This document shows, piece by piece, positions 10,101-18,229 of a stretch of 64,000 nucleotides of DNA. How positions within the stretch are numbered: position 1 is the stretch's first letter; each line of letters begins with the position of its first letter. A program made the position numbers and the translations under genes. The DNA comes from Candidatus Sumerlaeia bacterium (GTDB taxonomy: Bacteria > Sumerlaeota > Sumerlaeia > MVZB01). A model generated the notes under the pieces. That model was not told the DNA's origin. It ran no database searches and saw only the letters and a list, made by a program, of their open reading frames with translations. The stretch lies in the NCBI GenBank assembly GCA_039683515.1, contig JBDKRG010000059.1, positions 105,003 through 169,002 of the forward strand, given 5' to 3'.

Positions 10101-10189
10101 TCTGGAGCCTGATCGAATACGAAAACTTCCTGCGCTGGCACCTGATGGCCTACCACGTGCCCAAGAAGAAGTTCGAGGCGAAGAAATAA
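7103..10189 (+). CDS. rhomboid-family intramembrane serine protease fused to TPR-like helical region, 4 tandem repeats and a large unknown C-terminal domain
   Basis: The GTG at 7103 is preceded by GGGAGGAG. Rhomboid motifs are present: 'YAFVHES...HLCMNMFFLWIFG', 'GSSGAVWGLIG' (GxSG) and 'AHLGGIAAGL'. The remaining ~750 aa has no known catalytic motif. Confidence 0.8.
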   Translation: MADLQRAVVFPILIPLGTTAPSSRRTFATYTLIAISFFVFLAGFRSALVSQALAFYTNDDWYRYLTYAFVHESSWSGLAHLCMNMFFLWIFGSPLETRMGWWRFILLYLACAAAGAAVWDLFQSLPNVKLIGSSGAVWGLIGSYLILWPFSSVICYFVLTALFFPFYATTYHALAVFFPIVYYVLAGLIYFMAWRFDIKLPFGPVAWLAHLGGIAAGLGLTAAFYGFHGFTIEADEEESLQRKLQLRIDRQRLGFAPDGPKVDVAEPRPVKPMSARLMPLHEAVVNGDRERAVKLWHELLKPAEGASLLPGPQMDLARILIREGETGEATEALERLVKAHPECELATMARFELATLLVDAAEFARAAAFLRQIESNAPLDLSREIKQLRRRIPDPFLEEPAAPRASTELFEPGSEETPGSPTIDDFIRAAGGGPSRSADSLFGNPEDTDAFKMQVGKDAPPQSRHRLDQTTPPIFLDAEEKKANELFGDPNDTDAFKMNTGKEIPLQPGLIHEDTTPPAMLEAEEARAKDLFGDPEDTGSFQMNVKPDAPRSVPLTRDQTDPPILFDTDPGEAAPPPDPRPARGSEPLEAAGELFGNPEDTGAFEMNMKPDAPRLKPLTRDDTRPPIMLDTNPDEAAPPPDPRPARGSEPDQPAPSPEPLAPIFLDDDDLLSVPPPEEKAAEPSPKPWEPRPAQPEPAAPEPKPRPEKFIFRSSILPKHEIKQPLAPVQSSINLEPLDIQLERLKTSITPASGPSPEVFIGDITNFSPQPETSDTHDKRLVLRRGVKYAAILTPGCPVDIPLVCAAIAPVLGLSPDGTHHALLRRRGILAEDLTASEAEALAKDLSANGQSVSVVACDDQLEFGPPQDVLTYSDEGASARFSISNEALTCRWSQAVFFAAGLVRLDPTAPGRALIDLFFAQPRAHLRIWENTFVYPDRVVVAAKGMENQRQSDSDHGFLRREWCFRSMAAEIDTHGRNAVRTRSFSSWLDLATPLPTAHFWSLIEYENFLRWHLMAYHVPKKKFEAKK
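8423..9052 (+). repeat. in-frame tandem repeats (4 units of 45-63 aa) inside the rhomboid fusion gene
   Basis: Units start at 8423, 8558, 8693 and 8882, each beginning 'LFG[ND]P[EN]DT[DG][AS]F[KQE]M'. Units 3 and 4 share an identical 48-nt stretch (8816-8863 = 9005-9052). Confidence 0.95.
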
Positions 10190-10193
10190 ACCG

Positions 10194-10237
10194 TAAAATC
10201 CAAAATCCGAATTTCGATATTCGAATTTCGGATTTCC
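10194..10237 (+). repeat. AT-rich short direct repeats (AAAATCC x2, CGAATTTCG x2)
   Basis: aaaatccaaaatccgaatttcgatattcgaatttcggatttcc, between the rhomboid gene stop and the Hsp70 start. CGAATTTCG recurs at 60871. Confidence 0.8.
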
Positions 10238-10305
10238 CCCCTAAATCTCCGCGCGCCATCGGCCGATACCTGAAATGAGGCTGTATCCCTCGGCTGAGGA
10301 GCGCC

Positions 10306-12195
10306 ATGTCGCACGTCATCGGCATAGACCTGGGAACCACCAACTCCGTCGTCGCCTTCCTGGAAGGCGGCCGCCCGGTCGTCATCCCCAACTCCGAGGG
10401 GAACAAGACGACGCCGTCGGTCATCCATTACGGCGAGGACGGGCGCATCATCGTGGGCGAGCTCGCCAAGCGGCAGCGCCTCATCGGCCCCAAGCGCACG
10501 ATCTACTCCATCAAGCGTTTCGTCGGCTGCCGCTGGGACGAGTGCCAGGACCGCCGCGAAGGGATCGAATACAACCTGGTTGCAGGGCCCGAGGGGCACG
10601 TCGCGGTGCAACTCGACCGCCACCTGATCATGCCCGAACAGGTGCAGGCCGAAGTCCTCAAGAAGATGAAGCGCACGGCCGAGGAATTCCTCGGCGAGCA
10701 GATCACCGGCGCGGTCATCACCTGCCCCGCCTATTTCAACGACAGCCAGCGCCAGGCGACCAAGAAGGCGGCCGAGCTGGCCGGGCTCGATGCGCTGCGG
10801 ATCGTGAACGAGCCGACGGCCGCGGCGCTGGCCTACGGCCTCGGCAAGGGCCAGCGCGGCCGGATCGCCGTGTTCGACTTCGGCGGCGGCACCTTCGATA
10901 TCTCGATCCTCGAGATCGACCGCGACGTGTTCGAGGTCAAGTCGACGTGCGGCGACACGTTCCTCGGCGGCGACGTCATCGACCGCATCCTCATCGACTG
11001 GATCGTCGGCGGCATCAAAAAGGACCTCGGCATCGACGCCGCCCCGGACGCCCAGGCAATGACGCGCATCATCGAGGCGGCCGAGAAGGTCAAGTGCGAG
11101 CTCTCGTCGCTGGAAAAAACCACGATTTCCCTCCCGTTCATCGGCGCCGGCGCCGACGGGCCCAAACACTATATCGCCGAGATCGCGCGCGAACAGTTCG
11201 AGCAGCTCATCGCCCCGACGCTCGAGCGGCTGCGCGCGCCGTGCATGCAGGCGATGCGCGACGCCGGACTGCGCAACGAGGACCTGCAGACCGTGATCCT
11301 CATCGGCGGATCGACGCGCATCCCGGCCGTCCAGCGGCTCGTCGCCGAGATTTTCGAGCGCCCGCCGGACCACTCGGTCAGCCCCGACGAAGCGGTCGCG
11401 CTCGGCGCGGCCATCCAGGGCGGCATCATGACCGGCGACCTCGAGGAGATCCTCCTGCTCGACGTGACCCCGCTGTCGCTCGGGATCGAGCTCGAGGGCG
11501 GCCTGTTCTCGGTCCTGATCCCCCGCAACAGCAACATCCCGACGACCGCGTCGAAACGGTTCACGACCGTCAGGGACAACCAGCCGTCCGTCTCGGTGCA
11601 CGTGCTCCAGGGCGAGCGCCGCGTGGCCGCCGAAAACCGCACCCTGGCCCGGTTCCGGCTCGAGGGGATCGCACCCGCGCCGCGCGAGGTCCCCGAAATC
11701 GATGTCAATTTCAAGATCGACGCCAACGGCATCCTGAACGTCTCGGCCATGGACCTGACCACCGGCGCCTCCCAGCAGGTCTGCATCGAGTCCTACCAGC
11801 CGACGGTCGACGCCGACGTCAAGCGGCTCATCGAGGAAGGCACGACCTGCGCCGACGAGGACCGCGACTTCATCCGCAAGCTGAACATGCGCAAGCAGAT
11901 GGACCGCCTCCGCGAACAGTACGAGGAATACACGCTGGCGCCCGACAACCGACCCGTCACCGAAACGCAGGAGCGGCGCATCCACGAGTGCTTCTTCCGG
12001 TTCGACGCCGCCCTCTCGGGCAACGACTGGGCGCACATCGAGTCGGCCGAGAACGAGCTCAAGATGGTCCTGTCCGAGATCATGGCCACGGCCGTCGACC
12101 TGACCGGCTCGATCGTGTTCGACACCCCGACCGACACCAATCCCGGCGCCGACAAAAACAAGAACAAAACCAACTCCAACGCAACCGTAAGCTAG
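10306..12195 (+). CDS. Hsp70-family chaperone (DnaK paralog, no adjacent grpE/dnaJ)
   Basis: 'IGIDLGTTNSVVA', 'DFGGGTFDISIL', 'VILIGGSTRIPAVQ', 'LLLDVTPLSLGIE'. The divergent C-terminal lid ends in an N/K-rich tail. SD GAGGAG lies 4 nt upstream. Confidence 0.9.
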   Translation: MSHVIGIDLGTTNSVVAFLEGGRPVVIPNSEGNKTTPSVIHYGEDGRIIVGELAKRQRLIGPKRTIYSIKRFVGCRWDECQDRREGIEYNLVAGPEGHVAVQLDRHLIMPEQVQAEVLKKMKRTAEEFLGEQITGAVITCPAYFNDSQRQATKKAAELAGLDALRIVNEPTAAALAYGLGKGQRGRIAVFDFGGGTFDISILEIDRDVFEVKSTCGDTFLGGDVIDRILIDWIVGGIKKDLGIDAAPDAQAMTRIIEAAEKVKCELSSLEKTTISLPFIGAGADGPKHYIAEIAREQFEQLIAPTLERLRAPCMQAMRDAGLRNEDLQTVILIGGSTRIPAVQRLVAEIFERPPDHSVSPDEAVALGAAIQGGIMTGDLEEILLLDVTPLSLGIELEGGLFSVLIPRNSNIPTTASKRFTTVRDNQPSVSVHVLQGERRVAAENRTLARFRLEGIAPAPREVPEIDVNFKIDANGILNVSAMDLTTGASQQVCIESYQPTVDADVKRLIEEGTTCADEDRDFIRKLNMRKQMDRLREQYEEYTLAPDNRPVTETQERRIHECFFRFDAALSGNDWAHIESAENELKMVLSEIMATAVDLTGSIVFDTPTDTNPGADKNKNKTNSNATVS

Positions 12196-12225
12196 CGTCG
12201 CGTCGCGCTCTGATTGTGGCGTATG

Positions 12226-12296
12226 CCTGAAAGCGCTGTCCGGTTAATGCAAAAAGTCAGCGCGCTTCAGCGCGGCTTCTCGATCCCGGCTTCAGC
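12226..12296 (+). repeat. short palindromic CTGAAAGCGC / GCGCTTCAGCGC element (possible fragment of the 200-bp composite element)
   Basis: cctgaaagcgctg...cagcgcgcttcagcgc...ggcttcagcc. It shares the CTGAA(A/G)GCGC core with the elements at 44933 and 56538. Confidence 0.5.
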
Positions 12297-12422
12297 CATT
12301 TTAGGTTTATCGGACAGTGCCTAACATCCTGTGGCCGGCGGTCTTCTCCGCATCTCCCGATCATTTCTCAATTCTCATTTCCGATTCGCTCCCCTACACT
12401 ATGAGGAGACTTTATCGGGAGC

Positions 12423-13568
12423 GTGCCGGCGATGGCTGTTGACCTGAACGTTGAATTCCCCGTCCTTGAAAAAATCAATTTCCTGAACCACGCCGCCGTC
12501 GCGCCGATGCCGCGTCGGTCGGCCGACATGGTTCGCCTGTTCGCGACCGAGGCGATGGAACAGGGCTCGGTGGCGTGGCCGCTGTGGGCGGGGCGCGTCA
12601 AGCAGGCGCGGGTCCGCGCCGCGCAGCTTCTCGGCTGCGGCGAGGACGAAGTCACGTTCTCGCACAACACCACGCACGGCCTGCTGTGCGTGGCCAACTC
12701 GCTCCCCTGGCGGCCCGGCGACAACATCGTCACCGCCGCCGGCGAATTCCCCGCCAACGTCTACCCGTGGCGCAACCTGGCCCCGCTCGGCGTGGCGATC
12801 CGCACCGTCGCCGAGCGCCCCGACCGCTCGTTCTCGGCCGACGATTTCGCCGCCGCGATCGATTCGCGCACGCGGCTGATCGCCATTTCATTGGTTCAAT
12901 ACGGGACCGGCTGCCGGATGCCGGTCGAGGCGATCGCCGAGATCTGCCGCAAGCGCGGCATCCTGCTGTGCCTCGACGCGATCCAGGCGGCCGGCGCGAT
13001 GCCGACGCTCGTCGACGAGCTCGGCTGCGATTTCCTGACCGCCGACGGCCACAAGTGGCTGCTGGGGCCCGAGGGGGCCGGCATCCTGTACGTCAAGCGC
13101 GAGCGGCTCGACATGCTCGGCAACGCGATGACCGGCTGGATCGGCCGCGTCCGCCCCAACGACTACACCGATTTCGAGCAACCGCTCGCCCACGCCGCCT
13201 CGCGGTTCGAGGAGGGCTCGCACAACGCCGTCGGGATCGGCGCCCTCGGCGAATCGATCGGCCTGATCCTCGAAGTGGGCATCGACGAGGTCTGGCGGCG
13301 GATCGAGGCGGTGACGGCGCGAATCGACGAGGGCGCGCGCCGGCTCGGACTTGAAGTCGTCTCGCCGCGCGGCGAAGGGGTCCGCTCGGGGATCATCGCG
13401 ATCACCCGCGCCGGGCTCGACGTCGACACGTGCGCGAAGGCGCTGGCCGAAAAGAAGATTTACGTGGCGGCGCGGCGCGGCTGGCTCCGCCTCTCCCCGC
13501 ATTTTTACAATACACTCGAGCAGATGGATGAATTCATCAACGCGCTGGGCTCCATGACAGGGAAATGA
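12423..13568 (+). CDS. class V aminotransferase / cysteine desulfurase-like PLP enzyme
   Basis: 'FLNHAAVAP', 'FSHNTTHGL' and 'FLTADGHKWLLGPEGAGILYV' (PLP-Lys context). The start could instead be the ATG at 12432. Confidence 0.8.
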   Translation: MPAMAVDLNVEFPVLEKINFLNHAAVAPMPRRSADMVRLFATEAMEQGSVAWPLWAGRVKQARVRAAQLLGCGEDEVTFSHNTTHGLLCVANSLPWRPGDNIVTAAGEFPANVYPWRNLAPLGVAIRTVAERPDRSFSADDFAAAIDSRTRLIAISLVQYGTGCRMPVEAIAEICRKRGILLCLDAIQAAGAMPTLVDELGCDFLTADGHKWLLGPEGAGILYVKRERLDMLGNAMTGWIGRVRPNDYTDFEQPLAHAASRFEEGSHNAVGIGALGESIGLILEVGIDEVWRRIEAVTARIDEGARRLGLEVVSPRGEGVRSGIIAITRAGLDVDTCAKALAEKKIYVAARRGWLRLSPHFYNTLEQMDEFINALGSMTGK

Positions 13569-13660
13569 TTCGAATGATTTTGAATTTCATATATTGAACA
13601 TTTGAAATTGTTTCGAATTTAGACATTAGAATTTAGATATTATAATTTTGGAATTATTTG
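13569..13660 (+). repeat. AT-rich low-complexity spacer with GAATTT/GAATGA-type short repeats
   Basis: gattcgaatgattttgaatttcatatattgaacatttgaaattgtttcgaatttagacattagaatttagatatt..., in sharp contrast with the flanking GC-rich genes. Confidence 0.7.
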
Positions 13661-13662
13661 AT

Positions 13663-14880
13663 ATGCCCACCCCGGCCTCCATTCTCTTCGACGCGCGCAC
13701 GATCATGCCCGGCATGACGGGGGTGGGGCGGTATTGCTTGAATCTGTTGTGGGCGCTCTCGGTGGCGCCGGGCGCGCCGCCGATCCGGGCCCTGTTCCGG
13801 CGCGACGCGATCGACACCGCCCGGCTCGACCCGGCGCTCGAGAACGTCGAGCTGATCGAGGCCCCCTGCACGCAGGAAGAGCACCCGTGGGCCGACTGGT
13901 GGCTGTCGCGCAAAATGCCGCACATGCTCAAGCCGGGCGAGGTCTTCCACGGGCCGGCGTTCATCATCCCGGGCGGCCGGCGCAAGTTCCCGCGCGTCGT
14001 GACGATCCACGACCTGTTCGTCTTCACGCACGCCGATTATTATCCGTGGAAATTCGGCGCGTGGCTGCGCTGGGCGACGCGGCGCGCCTGCCGCTGCGCC
14101 GACCGCATCATCGTCCCGAGCGAATCGGTCGCCCAGCAGCTCGAAACATGGCGCCTCGCGCCGCGTTCGAAAATCCGCGTGATCGCCGAGGCACCCGACG
14201 ACACGAACAACATCTGGGACAAACAATGGATCGGATCGGGCGGCCTGGTCGCCGGGCTGGTCGCCGAATCGACGCGCCCGCTCCTGGTGACGGTCGGCAC
14301 GCTCGACCCGCGCAAGGACCCGCGCACCGCGCGCGCCGCGCACATCGAATTGCTCATCAAGCTGAAGCTGGCGCCGATCACGCCGTCGCCCGATGAGGCC
14401 CCTGACGATCCGCTCAACCGCGCGGTCGATTGGTTCTGGCTGGGCGGGGCCGGCGCGCTCCCCGACCCGACGCCGCTCGAGCTGCGCAACCGCGCCGGCG
14501 AAGCCGGATTCCACGAGGTCGGCCACGTCCCGAAGGAGGCCGTCCGCGCCGCGCTGCGCGCCGCGACGGCTTACGTCACCTGTTCGCACGAGGAAGGGTT
14601 CGGCCTGCCCCTGGTCGAGGCGATGGTCGCCGGCTGCCCGATCGTCGCGACCGACATCCCGGTCCACCACGAAGTCGCCGGCGACGCCGCGCTGTATTTC
14701 CCGCCCGGCGACGCCGACGCCCTCGCCGAAGTCCTGCACCGCCTCCTCACCAAGCCCGCCCTGCGCGAAAGCCTCATCGCGCGCGGCCTCGACCGCCAGG
14801 CCGACTTCCGCTGGAGCAAAGCCGCGGACCTGACGCTGCAAGCCTACCAGGAAGCATCCGAAGAAAAGTTGTCCGTGTAG
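13663..14880 (+). CDS. GT-B glycosyltransferase (family 4/1-like)
   Basis: 'MTGVGRY', 'VTIHDL' and 'SHEEGFGLPLVEAMVAGCPIVATDIPVHHEVAGDAALYFPPGD' (E-x7-E region). Confidence 0.85.
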   Translation: MPTPASILFDARTIMPGMTGVGRYCLNLLWALSVAPGAPPIRALFRRDAIDTARLDPALENVELIEAPCTQEEHPWADWWLSRKMPHMLKPGEVFHGPAFIIPGGRRKFPRVVTIHDLFVFTHADYYPWKFGAWLRWATRRACRCADRIIVPSESVAQQLETWRLAPRSKIRVIAEAPDDTNNIWDKQWIGSGGLVAGLVAESTRPLLVTVGTLDPRKDPRTARAAHIELLIKLKLAPITPSPDEAPDDPLNRAVDWFWLGGAGALPDPTPLELRNRAGEAGFHEVGHVPKEAVRAALRAATAYVTCSHEEGFGLPLVEAMVAGCPIVATDIPVHHEVAGDAALYFPPGDADALAEVLHRLLTKPALRESLIARGLDRQADFRWSKAADLTLQAYQEASEEKLSV

Positions 14881-14925
14881 GTCCGCGCGAGTCCGTGCCT
14901 GTCCGTGTCCTTTAGGTCCCTTGCC
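14871..14925 (+). repeat. decamer-period repeat GTCCGTGNNN (x4, then degenerate)
   Basis: gtccgtgtag gtccgcgcga gtccgtgcct gtccgtgtcc tttaggtccc. It overlaps the GT4 stop codon and fills the convergent spacer. Confidence 0.9.
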
Positions 14926-16503
14926 TCATCTGTGCCGGTTCCACGCAATGGCGAGCGGAGTTGCCGCGAGGGGGGTGAAAAGGATGAGGGACACCATCGC
15001 GCTGATGGAGAGCGCGTCAGAGGGCTTTGGATGGCTCGCGCCGTAGGAAACGGCAGCGGCGATCAGGATGAGCGCGGCAATCGGCATCCACGCGGGTACG
15101 TATTTTCTGCGCCACCCGATAAAGAGGATCCACAGCGAGCCCACTACAAACGCGCCGATGAGGGAATAGCCGACTTGCGAATATTTGGCGGCAAACGGCA
15201 TCACGAACAGGCACGCGAAAAAAATCAGAACGAACCCGGCCTGCATAAACGTCCGGCCGGTGAGGTTGAGCGACATCCCGAGATTGATGATCGCCCAATG
15301 GATGACAATCCCGGCGGCAAAAGCCAGCGGGATCCGGACCGGGAGCGGGAACGGGAGACTCGAATAAGTGCTCCAGAATTTCACGATGGCGGCGTGATCG
15401 CCTCGCGCATAGACGATGGCGTTGACGATGAGGAGGATCGCCAGGAAAGCGATCCATCCCCCGGCGATCTCACGCGCGGCCGATCGCAGGAAACCGGCGG
15501 CGAGCTGACGATCGCTCATCGGGCGCGTGCCGCGGAATGCATCGAAGTCGATGCCGGTGTTTAATTTTCGAGTCGCCCCAAGCATGCCGCCGATCGGGAA
15601 CGCGGTCGCCAGCAACAGGAAGAGCGAAATGTTGATCGATCCCTCGAGCAGATCCCTGTGGCTGGCGCCCATCCAAAGCATCGCCCCGACGATGATGGCC
15701 GGCAGCAGGGTCATCGCGACGAGCGTCGGGCCGCCGCGCGCGCTGCGCTCGAACCAAAGCTGCGCCTCGGCGGCGGATTTGAAGCCGGTTTTGCGCGGCT
15801 TGAGCCGGAGCATGGACGCGCCGAGCGTCAGGGGCGGGCTCGAATTCTCCATCGCGTCGCCGCGGCGCTCGCGCGCCGCGCCGATCACGGCCAGCACGTA
15901 GAAAACGATCCATAATCCTAATATGAGGATGATCTGGTCCCACCCGACCCGCGGCCATGCGCCGCCGGCGTTGTGGTAATGGATTTTGTAAAACCAGCCA
16001 TAGGCGCCCACGCCAAGACCAAACGCGGCGAAGATCCTCAGCCAGACATGCCCGGTGAACACCAAAAGCGAATGAACGGCACAAACCGCCAGGGCCATCA
16101 GCAGGATCGGGAACAGGATCGGCATCAAAACCCAGTGCGTCATGCCGAGAACGGCAGCAACCCCAACGTGCATCACGGCCACCACCGCCGAGCCGATCAG
16201 GACGCGCCACGCGACCAGTTCCCACGTGGAGACGGGCAGCCGGTATTGCCGCCGGCTGATGAGGATGATGGTCTTGTCGCTCACCTGCGCCTGGGCAAGC
16301 ATCGAGATGAACATGAGCGTCTCGCAGAGCATCAGAAGCGGGAAGATATGCATCACCTCGGCGGGAGTGGCCGTCTGACCGACCTCGACCGCTTTCAGCA
16401 TCACCATCATGAAGACCGACATCGACGCGATGGCCAGCAGGAACCACCACCGGCCGCGCCGCCATGTCTCCCACGCCAGAGCCCGACCATGCGCCGTCTT
16501 CAT
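14926..16503 (-). CDS. ABC-transporter-associated polytopic permease-like membrane protein
   Basis: The start at 'MKTAHGRALAWETWRRGRWWFLL' overlaps the ATPase stop as ATGA (16500-16503). About 12 or more TM segments and no named motif. Confidence 0.6.
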   Translation of the reverse strand: MKTAHGRALAWETWRRGRWWFLLAIASMSVFMMVMLKAVEVGQTATPAEVMHIFPLLMLCETLMFISMLAQAQVSDKTIILISRRQYRLPVSTWELVAWRVLIGSAVVAVMHVGVAAVLGMTHWVLMPILFPILLMALAVCAVHSLLVFTGHVWLRIFAAFGLGVGAYGWFYKIHYHNAGGAWPRVGWDQIILILGLWIVFYVLAVIGAARERRGDAMENSSPPLTLGASMLRLKPRKTGFKSAAEAQLWFERSARGGPTLVAMTLLPAIIVGAMLWMGASHRDLLEGSINISLFLLLATAFPIGGMLGATRKLNTGIDFDAFRGTRPMSDRQLAAGFLRSAAREIAGGWIAFLAILLIVNAIVYARGDHAAIVKFWSTYSSLPFPLPVRIPLAFAAGIVIHWAIINLGMSLNLTGRTFMQAGFVLIFFACLFVMPFAAKYSQVGYSLIGAFVVGSLWILFIGWRRKYVPAWMPIAALILIAAAVSYGASHPKPSDALSISAMVSLILFTPLAATPLAIAWNRHR

Positions 16504-17420
16504 CGCGTCTCCTCCTCGTTCATCAAGGCCGGACGAAGCGCCCCCTTGACGCGGGCGACGAAGATTTCTTCGAGCGAGGGGGTTTGTTCCTCGGCGATCC
16601 GCGCGCCCATTTCCCGGATGGCGGAACGGACCGCTTCGCTCGCGCCGTTGACGATGCACGTCCACTCGCGGCCGTCGCCCTCGATCGCCAGCGCGCCGGG
16701 CAGGACGGGTCTGGCCGCCGGCGGCTGGTCAAAGGCGATCGTGATGCGGCGGTGGCTTTCCTTGACCTCATCCAGCGCGCCGGACAGCACCAGCCGGCCG
16801 CCGTGGATCATCGCGACGCGGTCGGCGACGCGCTCGACCTCGTCGAGCAAATGCGACGAGAACAGAACCGTCCGCCCCTCGTCGGCGACCGTGCGGATGA
16901 TCGCCGCCAGGATGTCGCGCCGCACGACGGCGTCCAGGCCCGAGCTCGGCTCGTCGAGCAGGAGCAGCTCGGGCCGGTGCGCCAGCGCGATCAGCAGCCC
17001 CGCCTGCGCCCGCTGCCCCCGCGACAGGCTCCCGACCTTCTGGTCGATCTTGAGCCCGAACGCCCGCAGCAGCTCGCCCGCGTAGCCGTCGTCCCAGCCC
17101 GGGTAAAACGCCCGCGTGTAGTTCATCAGCTCGCCGACGCGCATCCAGTCGGGCAGGTCGCGGTCCTCCGATAAATATCCGATCCGGCCGAGGACGCCCG
17201 GCGGATCGCCCACCGGGTCGAGGCCGAAGACGCGCACGCTCCCCTGCCTGGCGCGCAGGAGCCCGAGGAGGTGCTTGATGAGCGTCGTCTTGCCGGCGCC
17301 GTTTTCGCCGACGAGGCCGAAGACGCAGCCCCGCGGCACGTCGAGCGTGACGCTCTCGATCGCCTGCGTTTTGCCGAACCGGCGCGAGAGTTCGCGAACC
17401 TCGATCACGTTGCCGTCCAT
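16500..17420 (-). CDS. ABC transporter ATP-binding protein (ABC-2 / YtrB-like)
   Basis: Walker A 'GENGAGKTT', signature 'LSRGQRAQ', Walker B 'LLLLDEPSSGLD', H-loop 'SSHLL'. Confidence 0.92.
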   Translation of the reverse strand: MDGNVIEVRELSRRFGKTQAIESVTLDVPRGCVFGLVGENGAGKTTLIKHLLGLLRARQGSVRVFGLDPVGDPPGVLGRIGYLSEDRDLPDWMRVGELMNYTRAFYPGWDDGYAGELLRAFGLKIDQKVGSLSRGQRAQAGLLIALAHRPELLLLDEPSSGLDAVVRRDILAAIIRTVADEGRTVLFSSHLLDEVERVADRVAMIHGGRLVLSGALDEVKESHRRITIAFDQPPAARPVLPGALAIEGDGREWTCIVNGASEAVRSAIREMGARIAEEQTPSLEEIFVARVKGALRPALMNEEETR

Positions 17421-17626
17421 TTGGAACCCCTTTCGGAGAATCGTTCAAAATCGGGCAAAATCATTCAAAAATTCGAAACAAAGCTAATGAAAATACATAT
17501 TCATAATAAATTATCCCAACGCCGGCCGCCGCGCGCAACGAATGGCTTTTGGAATCATTGAAATATTCGATCTTTATTTTCCTCGTCATTGTTTCGAATT
17601 TCCGAATGATTTTGACCGATTTTGAT

Positions 17627-18004
17627 TTATTTCATCATCTCGCTGCGCTGCTTGAGCAATTTCACGAGCTCTTCCATCTCGAAGTCCATCTGGCGCGCCT
17701 CGGCCAGGACCAGGTCGATCCGCTCGGCGAGGATCCGCCGCTGCTCGGCGCGGGTCAGCGGCGAGCCCCCCTCCGCGACGTAGACGCCGGCCCCGCGCCG
17801 GGTCATGATCAGCCCCGCCGTCTCCAGCTCGCGGTAGGCCCGCGCCACCGTGTTCGGGTTGACGACGAGTTGCTCGGCCAGCCGCCGCACGGGCGGGAGC
17901 TGCTCGCCGGGGCCGAGCCGGCCCGAGGCAATGAGGTATTTGACCTGGTTCAGGATCTGCAGGTAAATGGGCAAGCCGTCGTGGGAAGAAATATGGATCT
18001 GCAT
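17627..18004 (-). CDS. GntR-family transcriptional regulator, short YtrA-like subtype
   Basis: 'LPIYLQILNQVKYLIASGRLGPGEQLPPVRRLAEQLVVNPNTVARAYRELETAGLIMTRRGAGVYV' plus a short C-terminal helical tail (125 aa total). Confidence 0.88.
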   Translation of the reverse strand: MQIHISSHDGLPIYLQILNQVKYLIASGRLGPGEQLPPVRRLAEQLVVNPNTVARAYRELETAGLIMTRRGAGVYVAEGGSPLTRAEQRRILAERIDLVLAEARQMDFEMEELVKLLKQRSEMMK

Positions 18005-18027
18005 GGCCGTCTCCGATCTCCTGAATT

Positions 18028-18051
18028 ATTGTATTAATACATTAATACAAT
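18028..18051. promoter_or_regulatory. perfect 11-bp-arm palindrome, candidate GntR/YtrA operator
   Basis: ATTGTATTAAT ac ATTAATACAAT, 24 nt upstream of the GntR start. It contains GT-N6-AC cores. Confidence 0.6.
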
Positions 18052-18161
18052 TCTGTCAAGCAATTTTTGGGGCGGGCCGGAACCCCGGCGGCGGTTTCGG
18101 AGGTGGTTGTCCTAATATGCTACTGATTTATCAAGGTTTAACTGGTCCAAAGTGCTTTTTC

Positions 18162-18196
18162 GTTGACTTGAACTGTCATTATGTCAACAATATTAA
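18162..18196 (+). promoter_or_regulatory. promoter / inverted repeat upstream of marR-like gene
   Basis: GTTGAC (18162-67) ... GTCAAC (18183-88) inverted repeat overlapping TTGAAC-N17-TATTAA. Confidence 0.4.
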
Positions 18197-18229
18197 GTGT
18201 ATCGACTCCCCCCTAAGTGAGGCCGCACG

